Of a stretch of DNA of 64,000 bases, positions 23,520 to 37,067 are shown one piece after another. The notes under the pieces are model-generated. The model made no database searches, had not been told where the DNA came from, and worked only from the letters and a program-made list of their open reading frames with translations. Each line of letters opens with the position of its first letter. Positions within the stretch are counted from its first letter, which is position 1. The DNA is from Chiloscyllium plagiosum (Eukaryota). The DNA lies in assembly GCF_004010195.1 (NCBI RefSeq), contig NC_057719.1, positions 34,969,537 to 35,033,536 of the forward strand. Reading direction: 5' to 3'. The position numbers and the translations under genes are program-made.

Positions 23520-25620
23520 CTGGTAACAAGAGTATCCCATGACACTCCTAATTTTGTGCCTTGTAGATGTTGGACAGGTATTGGGGATACAAGTTGAGTT
23601 GCTAACTAGCATTCCGATTGTAACCTCAGTATTTATTGGTTGGTCCAGTTCAGTTTCAGTGGTAACCCCCAGGATGTTTATTGTAGTGGATTCAACAACG
23701 GTAATACCCATTGTTCATTATGGAGCGAGTGTTAAATTTTTTTTTTTGACGAAGGTGGTCTGGCACTTTCTGGCTGTGAATGTTACTTCCCCCTTGTAAG
23801 CCCTAACACGATTATTGTCCAGGTCTCGTGCATATGAACAAGGACTGCTTCAGTATCTGTGGAGTAATGAATTGTGATTAAAATATTGTGTGATCGCCAG
23901 CAAACATCCTATCAAGGGAGTGCCATTGATGAAGCAGCTGAAGGTACTTGGATCCGAGCCTGAGGAATTTCTGCTATGATATCCTCTGGCTGAGTTGACT
24001 GACTTTCAGCAACCACAAATATCCTGCTTTGTTAAACATGACTCTGACTAAGAGAGAGGTTTTGCCCTGATTCCCATTTTCTTCAGTTTTGCTAGGGCTC
24101 CTTGTTGCCACATTTGGTTAAATAGTGCCTTTGTGTTATGCAGTCACTCCCACCTCACTTCTGGATATCATCTGTTTTTCCCATATTTACAAGATTGTGA
24201 AATGATCAGGAGTCAAATGACTATGGTGAATCCTGCTGAGTGTCAGCAGGTTGTTCCTTTGGAAGTACCTCTTAATAGCACTGTTGATGATCACTTCACT
24301 TCATCACTTTCCTGATAGTGCATAAATTGTTTAGGTTGGATTTGTCCTTTTTGTTGAAATGGGTAATTTTATAAATTATTGCCAGATGCCAGTATGTAGC
24401 TGTACTGGAACAGCTTGACTAGGAACATAGCTAGTTCTGGAGCACATGTGTTCAGTACAATTCACAGAATGTCATCAAGGACCATAGTCCAGAATCCAGT
24501 ACATTTTGCCATTCCTTAAAATTATATGGTGTAAGTCAGGTTCCTTGAAGATCAACATCAATAATTTTGGTGATCTCTGGAAAAGGCCAACACATCAATA
24601 ACTTGGTGCTTCTAGCTGAAGAGGGATGCCATTGCTTCAGCCTTGTCTTTTGCATTGATGTGCTGTGCTCTCCTATCTTTGAGGATGAAGATAGTGTGAA
24701 ACTTCCTTATCTTGTTAGTTGTTTAATTGTCCATCACCATTCAGGACTGCTTGGTTTATATCTGCAATGTGAAATTATTTAGCTCTGTTTATAGCATGCT
24801 TATCCACTTTTTGGCATGCGAATGGTCTTGTACTTGAGCTTCCCAGGTTGACTCCTCATTTGGAGGTATGCCTGGCACGGTATACTGCACTCTTCATTCA
24901 ATTAGGTTTGATCTCCTGGCTAGATAATAAGAGTGGAGTGTATACAATTGTGGTTGAATAGAGTTAAACTGCTGCTAATAGCCCACAGCACTCAATGAAT
25001 GTCTGGTTTTGAGTTGCAAGATCTGTTTGAAGTCAGTCCCATTTTATCACCATGTCTCTCAATGTATTGAAGGTATTCTCAATGTGAAGACTTTTTTTTT
25101 ATATCTCCATAATCACACTCATACTGTTGTACTCAAACACATTTCTGATAGACTGGCAAGGATAAGGTCAAGTAGATCTTTCCCTGTCATTAATTCCCAG
25201 ACCAACTGTAACTGAGAGAGTCTGGTAGCTATGCTCTTTAGGATTTGGCCAGGCCAGTCAGCCCGTGGTGCTACTGAGCCATTCATGGTGATGGGCATTC
25301 AGGTCCCCAACCCATAGTACAGACTCTGCCGCCATCTTTGCTGTTTGGATAAGACATACCCAGAGATATTGATTTTATCTGGGACATTGTCTGATTGTAA
25401 GCTGTGATACGAAGAAAAAAACTCTCAAGTAGACAGCTTTCTCAGTGTTGGCATAAGATATTAGTAAGGTGGACTTTGCAAGATCAACAGGTTTGGGACT
25501 GCCATTGTCATTTTCAGTGCCTAGGTCAAGGCCATGTGGTCCATCCAGTTTCATCTTTTGTTCAGACTTTGTCGTGTTTTGATACTACAGCGTTCCTTAC
25601 GAGGTCATTTTCAGAGGTTG
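23520..25620 (-). mobile_element. Decayed CR1/L2-group LINE
   Basis: Reverse complement resembles the elements at 14960-16230 and 61080-61965 (INILGVT motif). Confidence 0.6.
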
Positions 25621-26067
25621 GTTAAAATTCAACTACAATCGTACAGCAGTTTGTTATGGATGAGGAGAACAGTATTTGTCACATAGTGCTTATTCAGAGA
25701 ATTGGTGCAGACACAATGACTTTGTGCAATTATCTGCCTTTTCCCTGGAATATTGTTTCTATCTAAATCATCTCATTCTCTCAAATCTCAATTGAATCTG
25801 TCTCTACAACTCTTTTAGGCACTGGACTCCAGATTCAAACTACAGATTGCATAAAAGAATATTTTTCTGAGATTGCATTTGCTTGCTTTACATAATATGT
25901 TCTGAAGGTTTCTCTCTTTGCATTTTGTTCAACTCCATCATAATTTTGAAAGCTTCTATCAAATCTGCTGTGAGCCTTCTTGCCAAGGAAAGATTAGAGA
26001 AGTTGAGGATTCTATCTTCACCAACTAAGTTTTGCATCCTTTAAACCATTCCCAAACTACTTGTTTT

Positions 26068-26620
26068 TTTAGATGAGATTAGATTCCCTACAGCGTGGAA
26101 ACAGGCCCTTCGGCCCAACAAGTCCACACCGACCCTCCGAAGAGTAACCCACGGTGGCACAGTGGTTAGCACTGCTGCCTCACAGCGCCAGAGACACGGG
26201 TTCAATTCCCGCCTCAGGCGACTGACTGTGTGGAGTTTGTACATTCTCCCCATGTCTGCGTGGGTTTCCTCCCACAGTCCAAAGATGTGCAGGTTAGGTG
26301 AATTAGCCGTGCTGAAATTGCCCGTAGTGTTTAGGTGAAGGGGAATGGGTCTGGGTGGGTTGCGCTTCGGCGGGTCGGTGTGGACTTGTTGGGCCGAAGG
26401 GCTTGTTTCCACACTGTAAGTAATCTAATCCCTCTGACTAATGCATCTAACACTAGGGGCAATTTAACATGGCTAATTCACCTGACCTGCACATCTTTGG
26501 ACTGTGGAAGGAAACCGGAGCGCCCGGAGGAAACCCACGCAGACACTGGGAGAATATGCAAACTCCACACAGACAGTCCCCTAAGGCTGGAATCGAAACT
26601 AGGACTCTGATGCTGTGATA
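26068..26620. mobile_element. Nested HE1-like tRNA SINEs: + copy (26151-26430) inside a - copy
   Basis: acggtggcacagtggttagcactgctgcctcacagcgccagagac...gggttcaattccc head and taatctaatc tail, flanked by the two halves of an opposite-strand copy. Confidence 0.85.
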
Positions 26621-27180
26621 ATCCTAGGATACAGTATGCTTTATTAACTGCCTGTCCTCCGACCTTCTTGCACTTTATGCATGTCTGTTAACCACAGTGC
26701 CCTTTAGTTTATGTTGTCTCTTTGTTGTTTTTGCCAAAATGTAATTTCTCATAAATTTTGTATTATCCACAAAATTGACCCTGAGCAGCAAGTTCTTAAA
26801 TAATCAAAATATATTTGGAAAAATAAGGATCTTAAGACCCCTGGCAGACTCCACTACAGACCCTCTTCTGGCCCAAAAGGTATCCCCACTAACTGACATT
26901 TTTACTGTCCTGGCACTCAGTTGATTTTGTATCCATATTGGTATAACATTTCTTGCGTGTTCTGATGTATGAAACTGTATCGCGCACCCTTTGGAAGTCT
27001 AAGAACACCACAAAAACATTAGTCTCCTGAAAACCAGCTGTTGTCTTTTCAAAGATGCCAGAAATTTAGTTAGCGTCCCTTAACTTTTCTCTGAAATCCA
27101 TGCTGGCTTTACCTAATTAACTCTCATCTTTCCAGGTGACTATTAATTCTCTCCTAATTACTTGAAGACATTTCCCAATA

Positions 27181-27306
27181 CAGAGGAACCTCGATTATCT
27201 GGCAAGATTGCAAGGTTCTGATGCTTGACTAAACTGTTAATTGGCATTGGGTTAACTGAATGAAATACTCCCCGCCCGTGTCCTTCGGATAATCGAGGTT
27301 CCTCTG
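27181..27306. mobile_element. 126-bp Tc1/mariner-type MITE
   Basis: Perfect 19-bp TIRs CAGAGGAACCTCGATTATC / GATAATCGAGGTTCCTCTG; TA on the left flank, AA on the right. Confidence 0.8.
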
Positions 27307-29378
27307 AAGCTCAATTGACAAGTTTGTAATTGCTGGGCTTATCCTTACAAGCCTTTTTTTTTTAAAAACAAGGATATTGTATTTGTAATTCTCCTGGTCT
27401 CCAGAACCACCCTGGAGTCGAGCTATTTTCTAATCAACCAATTCATACGTTGTGAAATACCTCTGAAGCAGATGGGACTGTACCATGAGAGGCCCTACCA
27501 GTCTAAGTAATAGTCAAAGATTATTGCCAGTTTCCCTGGAATTTCCTCCCCATTTCAATATATTTGTATGTGTTTCATCTAGTCATGGTGCCTTAAATTT
27601 TAAGAACGAATAGTCAATCCAATATCATCTCCTTATTCAGTTGAAGAAGTTTAACTTGATAAGTTTCCTTTTCTGTCACCATGGACTGGGCAGCAGCTTG
27701 TTCCTCGATGAAGACATATGAAACATCTCAGCTTTGCCCATTACCTTCATGTGTTAGTACCTATAGTTTTTAGTCACTAATCAGCCCTACTCTATTTACA
27801 ACGCTTATGCTGTTTAAATGCCTACTGAATACTGGATTTTCCTGTTAGCTGCTAGTCTTCTTTAAGTGTTGCAAAGATGAATTTTTATTTACATTTTTAC
27901 CTCTGTTCTGAACCTTCTATAATCAGCTTTATTCTCAAATGTCTTTTTTATATGGTTCCTGTTATAAGGATACCTTATTATTTCTTTATAATTATCTCTA
28001 TCTCCTTTCTCATTGAGGGCTCTTTGCTGACTCACCCTTTTTGTTTTGAGTGAATATTCTTTAACATACCCAAACGATTTGTATTTTTGAAGATAACCCA
28101 TTGTTCAGCTGCGGTTTTTCCTGTTGGTTCTAGTCTATTCAGCACAGCTCTGTTCTTGTCCAATTGAAGTCAGCTCTCCCCCAGTTAATTATTCTACCTC
28201 TAGATTTTCCTTTGTTCTTTTTTTACTGTCACCCTAAACCTTACGATACAGTGAGCGCTACCCTCTCTGCTCATTGTTTTCCCACTTCATCTACTTTGTC
28301 CTCCTCGACCTGGAAATCAGGGCCAGCAGTGCCTCCTTTCTTGTTGGATTGAACAGATACTGCTATAGAAAATTTCTCTGAACACTATCTAGGAACTTTT
28401 CTGCTTATTAACTGAATATAGACTAGACTAATGTAATCGAAGTACCCATTATAACTACTATGATGTCTACACTTCTCTGTAATTTCTGTGTGTTTGTTTC
28501 TGTACATTCTTCCCACTAATTTGTTATTGAGGTGTGTCTGGAGACACATTTAGGTCAAACTAGCAGTTTCCTTCTCTAAAGGACATTAGTGAACCAGGTT
28601 TTAATTCCAGATTTCTTTGAATTCAAATTTCATCAACATTTCATCCAGAACATTGAGTTGTGTATCTGGATTACTAATCCATTGACATTACTACTCCTCC
28701 ACCTCCCTTTTGTAAGTAAGTGTCTCATCAGTTTCTTCCTGTTTAGATTTTTTGAAGTTATTTGGAATCACTTCCTTACTGTGATAGTGTAGTATAGCAC
28801 AAATTGTTGTAATGTGATTCATTGATCATAACAGAAAGAAGGATCTTTCATCATAAACTTCTGTAATGTCAGTAACTCTATTAAGAAATAGTTCTATTAT
28901 TTTGGCATTTTACTGTGGTTCCTTTTTTACATTTTGATAATTATGAAAATAAAACCAGATCGAACACCTAGCATCAAATGATGTACCACAAATGATCAAA
29001 ACACAAAATCCTCCTCTGTGATATCTCTGGACTTGTGGCCAAATGGGAAAGCACTCACAATGTTGCGTTGAGCAACAGCCTGAAATGGTCATGCTCACTG
29101 AATCATACCTTACTGCTAATGTGTCAGACTCCTTGATCATCATTCATGACTATGTCCTATCTCACCATCAGGAAAGACCCATCAGAGGTGGCAGCACAGT
29201 GGTATACACTCAGAAGAATAAGTTACTGAAAGTTTTCAACATTGATTCTTGTCTTTATAAAGTTTCATGTCAAGTCTGACATGGGCTTTAATATTCAGGA
29301 GCAGAATTAGGCGATTGAGCCCAAGTTTGCACCATCATTCAAACATAGCCGATATGTTTCTCAGCCTCATTCTCCTGT

Positions 29379-31639
29379 TTTGGAGATGCCGGTGTTGGAC
29401 TGGGGTATACAAAGTTAAAATTCACATGATACCAGGTTGTAGTCCAACAGGTTTATTTGGAAGCACTAGCTTTCGGAATGTTGCTCCTTCATCAGCTGGT
29501 ATATGATCGTAAGACATAGAATTTATAGCAGAAGTTTACAGTGTGATGTAACTGAAATTATATATTGAAAAAGACCTGGATTATTTGTAAAGTCTCTCAT
29601 CTTTTAGAAAGACCATGTTGGTTTCAGTTCTTTCATATGTAAAATCGCAAAACTTTGTTAAAAGTTGCATTCTCAAATGAACTTTCTCGGCTGACATGAC
29701 ACCAATTGTTCATGCATTGAAGGTGTGAGATTGTCTGTACCACAATGGTCAGACTGATTCTAATCTAAAAAACAGATTTACAGAATTTTACGTGGATTCA
29801 TGCAGTTTTTTTGCAAAGTAAAATGTAATTCTGCAAGTACAAATTCACCCACAAACTTGTTTGTATGTATGTTGGGGGGGTGGTGGTCGTGGGGGTGTGA
29901 ATGTCTGAGTGTGTAAAGGGTACAAGTGTGTGAGGGGGTGTGTGTGCAAGTGTATGTGTGAGCGTATGAGAGATGGTGTGTAGGAGTGTGTGTGTGTGTA
30001 GTGCAATGGGGTCACCTGTTGTGTGACATGAACCCAAGATCCCAATTAAGGCCATCCTCATCAGTACCAAACTTGGCTATCAGCCACTGCTCGTTGTTAC
30101 CTGTCCCGAAATCCGCCTTGGAGAACGGTCACCCGAAGGTCCGAGCTCTAATGTCCAGGATCGCTGAAGTGTACTTTGACTAGGAGAGAACACTCCTGTC
30201 TGTTGGTTGTTATGCGGTGTCCGTTCATCCGTGCTGTAGCCTCTGCTTAGTCTCGTCAGTGTACCATGCCTCAGGGCATCCTTGCCTGCAGCATATAAGA
30301 TAAACAATGTTGGAGGAGTCGCATAAGTACCTGCCACATACGTGGGGGAGGTGGCCCCACACGTAATGATGGTGCCCATTCTGACACGTCTTGCAGCATC
30401 TACCGTGACAGGATTGTATGGTGTTGCCCTGAAAGCCAAGCAATTTGCTATGAACAATGATCTGTTTGAGGTTTGATGGTTGTTTAAGGGCGAGAAGTGG
30501 AGGTGTGGGGAAGATCTTGGCGGGGTGTACAACCTCATTGATAATGTATTGCAGGCTGTGAAGAACATGGCATAGGTTTTTGGCTCCTGGGAAGTACTGG
30601 ACAACGAAGGGCACCCTGATTGGTTGCAGCTCGTGTCTGTCTCCTGAGGAGGTCATTACGGTTCCTCGCTGTGGTATGTCGGAACTGATGGTTGATGAGT
30701 TGAGCATCGTACCCTGTTCTTATGAGGGCATCCTTGAATACTTCCAGGTGCCTGTCACATTTCTCCTCATCTGAATAGATCCTGTGTGAAGCGTAGGGCT
30801 TGCTCATAGGGGATGGTTGTTTTAATATGTTTCAGGTGGAAGCTGGAAAAGCATAGCATTGTGAGGTTATCTGGGGTTTGCAGTACAGTGAGGTGCTGAA
30901 GTGCCCATCATTGATGGAGATGCATGTGTCCAAGAATGAGATAGATAATAGAGAGTAGTCCATGGTGCGTTTGGTGGGATGGAACTCATTGATATCACTG
31001 TAGTTGTTTCAGTGACTCCTCGCCATGGGTTCAGAGGAAGAAAATGTCGTCAGTGTATCTGGTGTATAGTGTTGGTTGGAGGTCCTGCGTAGAGAAGAAA
31101 TCTTGTTTGAACCTGTGCATGAGAATGTTGGCATATTGGGGTCACATATGTTTGTGGGATGAATTTATACATGCAGAATTACATTTTACTTTGCTCAAAA
31201 GCTGCATGTCAAATTCTGTAAATCCATTTTTTAGATTAGAATCAGTCTGACCATTGTGGCACAGACAGACAGCCTCACACAGGGCAGCTCACACCTTCAC
31301 TGCATTATCTGGGTCGACATGACCCCAATTGTTAAAGTTCATTTGAGAATGTAACTTTTAAAAACGTTTTGCGATTTGCATATGAAAGAACTGAAACCAA
31401 TGTGGTCATTCTAAAAGATGAGAGACTTTACAAACAATCCTGGTCTTTTTTCAATATACAATATCAGTTATATCACACTGTAAACCTTTGCTATAAAGTC
31501 TGTGTCTTACAATCTTACACACTGGCATCTCCAAATCAATCTTATACTCCACAGCCAACTGATGAAGGAGCAGCACTCCAAAAGCTAGTGCTTCCAATTA
31601 AACCTGTTGGACTATAACCTGGTGTTGTGATTTTTAACT
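29379..31639 (-). mobile_element. Penelope-like element, family B, with inverted pLTRs, RT C-terminus/GIY-YIG and 12-bp TSD
   Basis: TCATTCTCCTGT at 29367-29378 and 31640-31651. About 29413-29850 is inverted at about 31150-31639. Coding remnant PFVVQYFPGAKNL...CKTC...YLCDSSNIVYLICCRQGCPEAWYTDETKQRL. (GT)n-rich tract at 29865-30000. Confidence 0.9.
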
Positions 31640-33859
31640 TCATTCTCCTGTATCCTCCCCATAGGTTCTTGATTAGCATGGGAATCAAGGCTTATCTGTC
31701 TTAAAAACACTTAGTGACTTGATCTCCACATCCCTCTGCAGCAGTGAGTTCCATAGTTTTCACCCTCTGGTTGAAGAAATCCCTTCTTATCTCAATTCTG
31801 AAGGATTGTCCCTTCACTGAGGCTGTGCCCTTGGCTACTTGTCTCTCCTACAATTGGAAATACCTTCTCCATGTCCACTCTATCCAGGTCTCAGTCCTGT
31901 AAGTTTCAATCAGATTTCTTACCTCATCCTTGTAAACTCCAATGACTACAGACACAGAGTCCTCAACCACTCCTAATATGATAAGTCCTTCATCCTCAGG
32001 ATCATTCTTATAAACCCTACAAGCTAGCACATCTTTACTCAATTACAGGGCCCAAAACTGCTCTCAGTATTCCAAAGGGAAGGGGATCTCCCAATGATTG
32101 CCATCTATTACCCTTCTGTCAGCTAATGAAACTATACTCCATGTTCAACAACACTTCCAAGAAGTACTGAGAAACAAGGTCATAAAATATATTCTAGTTG
32201 GGAGCTTCAATGTCCATCACCAAGAGTATCTTGATTACATCACTACTGTTCAAGCTGGAAGGTGGTAAGAACCAAGAAGAAGAAAAAAACCCTTGTCCTT
32301 GCTTTCATTAAAGTACTTGTCGCAGATGTATCTGTCCAGCAAGGTATTAGTAGAAGTCACCACCACCCAGCCCCAAAGACAAAATCCTGTTTTCACACTG
32401 AGGATACCATCCTTCATCTTGTGTAACACTACCACGATGCTAAAAGAAATAGATTCCGAAGAGATTTAACAGGTCAAAATTATGCATCGTTGAGATATTG
32501 AAGGCCATCTACAGCAACGGAATTGGGTTCAGCCACAATGTTACACACCGGACAAAGTTTCAATGGTACTTTCTTATTGAACTGGCTGTAGGGTGGATAT
32601 ATTATGGTAGAGGTCCCATGACTACATCAAGCCAGGAGACAAATTAATATAGGATTGCATTTCTATCCCAAGCATCTCCCTTTTCTACAGAAACAAAGGA
32701 TGCATTATCCATTGCACCATGAGTTACCTGCTATACGTACAACTGTTTTCATACACTAGCAGTTTGTTATTCTTGTTAGTCTTGCACATGCATTGTGTAC
32801 ACAATCTTTAATTTATGTTGGCACTTCATGGTGCTTGTTGTCATTGGCTATTTATCTGGATATGCTCCTTGGGAGTGTTGTTTTTGTGCCATATGTTGCC
32901 ATGGTAACTGTGGTTCTGTTTCCATTTTTTGGGTGCTGTGAACCTCTGGGACTAATGCTTGGTGTATGCAGATTGTGAGTTTACATCTTGTTTAGCCACT
33001 TGTAGTGAAGGAACAACTTCTGTAGTTGTGCATATCTCTCCACTATTTTAATGGTATATCTGTCCTTTGTTTCCACCGCATGTGATCAAGATGACCACTG
33101 CTCTATGTAGATCTCTTTTTGCTCCTTGCGATTTCACCTTCATTTTTTCACGTCATTGTGACATCCGTTCCTTTTTTGCTCTGAGAAGAGAAATTTGGTT
33201 GTGGTGTGTCATTAATCTTCCTATTGGTCTATTTTCCATTTCTACACCCTGTCTTATATGCTTCTTCTTGAATTTGCTTAATTTTTTTTCAAGAACAGTT
33301 TCTTCCCTACTATTAGACTTCTGAATGGACCTTTTCAGATTTCAAGCCTAATGTTGATTTTGCTTTTGTGTACAGTCTTTGTAGCCATAACTTTGTATTC
33401 TTCGCTCTGTTCAGTCACCCTGTAATCTTTGTATGGTATGAAATGCCTGTACTGCGCACAAAACAAAACTTCACTGTAGCTAGGTACATGTGTCAACAGT
33501 ATATCAAATCAAATGGATTCATTTCATGATTTTCACTAACATCTGCGCTTTCCCATGTGACTGTGGGAAGTGATGTATGGTGTTTAAATTTTCAAATCCT
33601 TTATGAAGTGACTGACTTTACTTATGAATGGAAAGCCATTGTCACATTCCACAACTTCACCTGTAATAATTGAAGTCAGCTAGTTTATTCTAAAGTCCAT
33701 GGCAATTAAAATCGTCAGTTTCTGCCAGAATGTAAAGGTTTACTCCCAGCTTCATTCGTACTATGTCTGGACTGTCATGTGTCATCAAAAAAGCTTGAAA
33801 TTGTGCCTAAACTTATGTAAGGAAAATTTTATAACTTTGTGTCTTTGATCTTTCTCCAG

Positions 33860-33978
33860 TTCTACATTCTGAACTTAGGAGCCAAAGACAAAGTACTGCA
33901 CTGGGAGAAAATAAAAGATTTTAAGGGGGTGCCACCATCACCCAAAGACAAGCTTGGATGTTGGGTATATAAGAACAA
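33860..33978 (+). CDS. KLHDC2: KLHDC2 coding exon 4
   Basis: tctccag|FYILNLGAKDKVLHWEKIKDFKGVPPSPKDKLGCWVYKN(K)|gtaagt, 119 nt. Confidence 0.95.
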
Positions 33979-34581
33979 GTAAGTATACGATTACTTCTAA
34001 TGCAATATTGCTTCGTGAACAGCAACTATTGGCATTGGCTAACACAGGTGATTGCACAGAGAGTCTGTAAGTTTTAACTGCTGTTTTATCATGCTCATAC
34101 CAGACTTTACTGAACGATTTTCAATTGTTGCTTATGTTTTTTTTTAAATCAAGAACATTTAAGCCACATTTGTAATAAAAATTAATTTTTGAACTTCAGT
34201 TTTACTTTTAAAGTAATTTAACGCAAATGAAAGGAAATCTAATGACTCTGCATTTTTGATTTCAACCTATTTTTACAGTTTTTAAAATTATTTTCAAATG
34301 AAAATTTAAGCTTGACCTATCAAAGCGCGAACTGTAGAACCAGAGAATAGGCAGCTGTTGACATTAGGCCCCTATTCCATTGAGCTCTTGGAAAGCTATA
34401 GCTAGATTGATATGCTTAAAGTTTACCTATTAAGCACTGCATTTGAAGAGAACCAGAACAATTTATTCATTGGTTCAGCTAGGTTCTAATTAATAAATAA
34501 AGTTTCATTCTTTTCACATTAACTTTACAAATGTATTTTTCCACATCCACAGTAAATTCTATTATTAACTTTTCACTACAG

Positions 34582-34663
34582 ATTAATTTTCTTTGGTGGC
34601 TATGGTTACCAACCTAGAGAACAGTATCATGGATCATTTGAATTTGACGAATCATCATTTTGG
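34582..34663 (+). CDS. KLHDC2: KLHDC2 coding exon 5
   Basis: actacag|LIFFGGYGYQPREQYHGSFEFDESSFW|gtaagt, 82 nt. Confidence 0.95.
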
Positions 34664-34751
34664 GTAAGTAATTCTCTATATATTACTTTACCTTATGTGA
34701 AGAAATACAAAGATAATGAGAATGAATTGAGTGTTACTTTTTTTTTTCCAG

Positions 34752-34835
34752 AATGCAAGTCATCCAAGAGGCTGGAACAATCATGTCCACTTCATTGACC
34801 TTGAAACTTTTACATGGTATCAACCTATTACAAAG
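34752..34835 (+). CDS. KLHDC2: KLHDC2 coding exon 6
   Basis: tttccag|NASHPRGWNNHVHFIDLETFTWYQPITK|gtatta, 84 nt. Confidence 0.95.
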
Positions 34836-35027
34836 GTATTAATACTGTTATATTGTGCTGCTCAAGAAATGGGTTTGGCTTTTCTATGTTGTAGTACTTT
34901 TCACTTAAGTGATGACTTTTTGTTTCTTTTGTGTGTAATTTTGATTTGGATAATTTTACCAGAACATAGTACTCCTCCAAATAATAGAATTTAATGATGA
35001 GATATATTGTGCTGTTGCAACCAACAG

Positions 35028-35108
35028 GGAAAACCACCTTCACCTAGAGCAGCTCATGCTTGTGCTACAATTGGGAACCGAGGCTATGTGTTTGGAGGAA
35101 GGTATCAG
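35028..35108 (+). CDS. KLHDC2: KLHDC2 coding exon 7
   Basis: ccaacag|GKPPSPRAAHACATIGNRGYVFGGRYQ|gtatgt, 81 nt. Confidence 0.95.
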
Positions 35109-35842
35109 GTATGTTATTTGATTTTCTGCACAAGGAAAACGTTTTTCACTAATTCAGTAATACTTGTAATAGCATCCTATATGTTACATTTAGTGAAATT
35201 ATAGTGTTTCTGAAGAAACTGCTTTGTGCAATTTTAATCTGACGATGACATGATCATTTTTACCTTATGGGAGCTCTGTTTCCTAAGAATTAACCTTTAA
35301 ACTATTGTATTATCTAAATCTTTATACAGTTTATTTATAATTATGTATAGTGCATAGGAAGAACAGAAAAATCAGGATAGCCATTATAACTATTTCTGTA
35401 GCTTTTCTTGTTCAAATAATTATTTAGGATAAGGTAGTATAAGTGATAATAATTATATCTCTTGCTTGAAGCACAATCAGGCACTATCAGATGAGGCCTG
35501 AAAGGACAAGATGTGGAGTACATATCCCACCATCAGAAAATAATTTAATTTCCTCGACTGTTTGGCTTCATCAGCTATCTTGCCTTGCCATTTTTTACAA
35601 GATAATCAACCTGTTCTATAGAGAAAGAAGTTACAAAGTATGGAAACTAACAGTAACTTTAGAATTATTAAATCTTTGAATACAAATGACATTTGTTTTA
35701 CATAAGTAGTGTCTAATGTTTATGAAAGGTCATGCCTATAACAAATATCAAAATGCTTCCAACAATTAATCTTGCATTACCTGTCAGCTACAGATAAATA
35801 TTTTCATGTACTCTTTTTTTTTTTCCACTATCTCTACCAAAG

Positions 35843-35901
35843 GATGCCAGAACCAACGACCTCTATTACCTTGATTTGGATACTTGGGAATGGAATGAAG
35901 T
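35843..35901 (+). CDS. KLHDC2: KLHDC2 coding exon 8
   Basis: accaaag|DARTNDLYYLDLDTWEWNE(V)|gtatgt, 59 nt; human DARMNDLHYLNLDTWEWNE. Confidence 0.92.
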
Positions 35902-36954
35902 GTATGTTACAGATTTCATACATTTTTTTCATGATTATGAATTGCTGAATTAAGAACTCCCATTTCCTTTTTACCTTTCTCTCAACCTCTGATAAATTTG
36001 CAAGGAATTTCTTTAGCACTGAATGTAAATGGATTTTGGCTACCATTCCCCATGTCCAACTTGTAGAAATGACCATTTTTCATTTATGAATATTATTAAT
36101 TAATGTTATTAAGTTATTCAAACCTGTAGAGCATCTCAGCCAAGCCTGATGATTGCGTATCTGAGACCCACATTGGACTTGGGGTGTGACGTTTCTTGAT
36201 GTAACTGTGTATGAATCCAATTCGTGACTTCTGGAATGGTGGCAATAGTTATCGGACTAACTACAACAGAGGCAAGCCAACAGTACAGATGAGGATTCAA
36301 CTGAAACCTCAATACTCTGTGATTTTACTTAACAACAGGAGTAACAAACATTTTCACCAATCAAAATCCATTTGATTCTTCCTAAATGATACCAAATGAC
36401 TGTTAAATTTGATATGTCATTTTTAAAAATTATCCTTACTGCATGAGTGAGCAGATGAGTAACTCGGATATCTGCCACTGTCAGTTTATAGTCAGTTGTC
36501 CAAACATGTATGGCAATAAGCTGTAATAAATATTATTTTTATTTTGTAATTTTTATTGCTTAAGTCCCCACACTTAGTGTTAAATTGTCTTTATTCAAAT
36601 GGTAATAAACCTCGCTGGAAATAAGTTTTATTTCCAAGATTTGTACTTTTTCTTTTTAGTTTTTGCCATACTAATCTTAAATAAAAACAACTTCCCAAGG
36701 CTTATGTTTATATCATCATTGCTAGTCACAAATGTAGTTCCTCCTCTTTCTTCATTTTTGTGACAACACTGAAACATGTAAGACAATATGTGATATCACC
36801 AGGCCAAGCTGTTAATTCATGTGATTTTTTTTTTCCTGTGGTTGAGATTTGGTATATGCAGTGTTGTATACAGGAATGGAGTGTTTAGGCTATCCATGAA
36901 TCAACACACTTCCATCAGGAACATTGTCTATCACTCAAAACTTTTATTTGCTAG

Positions 36955-37067
36955 GGTACAATCTCCTGATCAGATTCCTGTTGGCCGTTCTTGGCATTCA
37001 CTTACTACAATCTCAAATGACCATCTGTTCCTTTTTGGAGGTTTCACGACAGACAAACAACCGTTAA
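36955..37067 (+). CDS. KLHDC2: KLHDC2 coding exon 9
   Basis: ttgctag|VQSPDQIPVGRSWHSLTTISNDHLFLFGGFTTDKQPL(S)|gtatgt, 113 nt. Confidence 0.93.

Noticed and set aside
26151..26220. tRNA gene-like A/B boxes (also 2870-2940 and 54835-54900)
   Set aside because: These are heads of tRNA-derived SINEs, followed by SINE body and LINE-derived tail; no full cloverleaf
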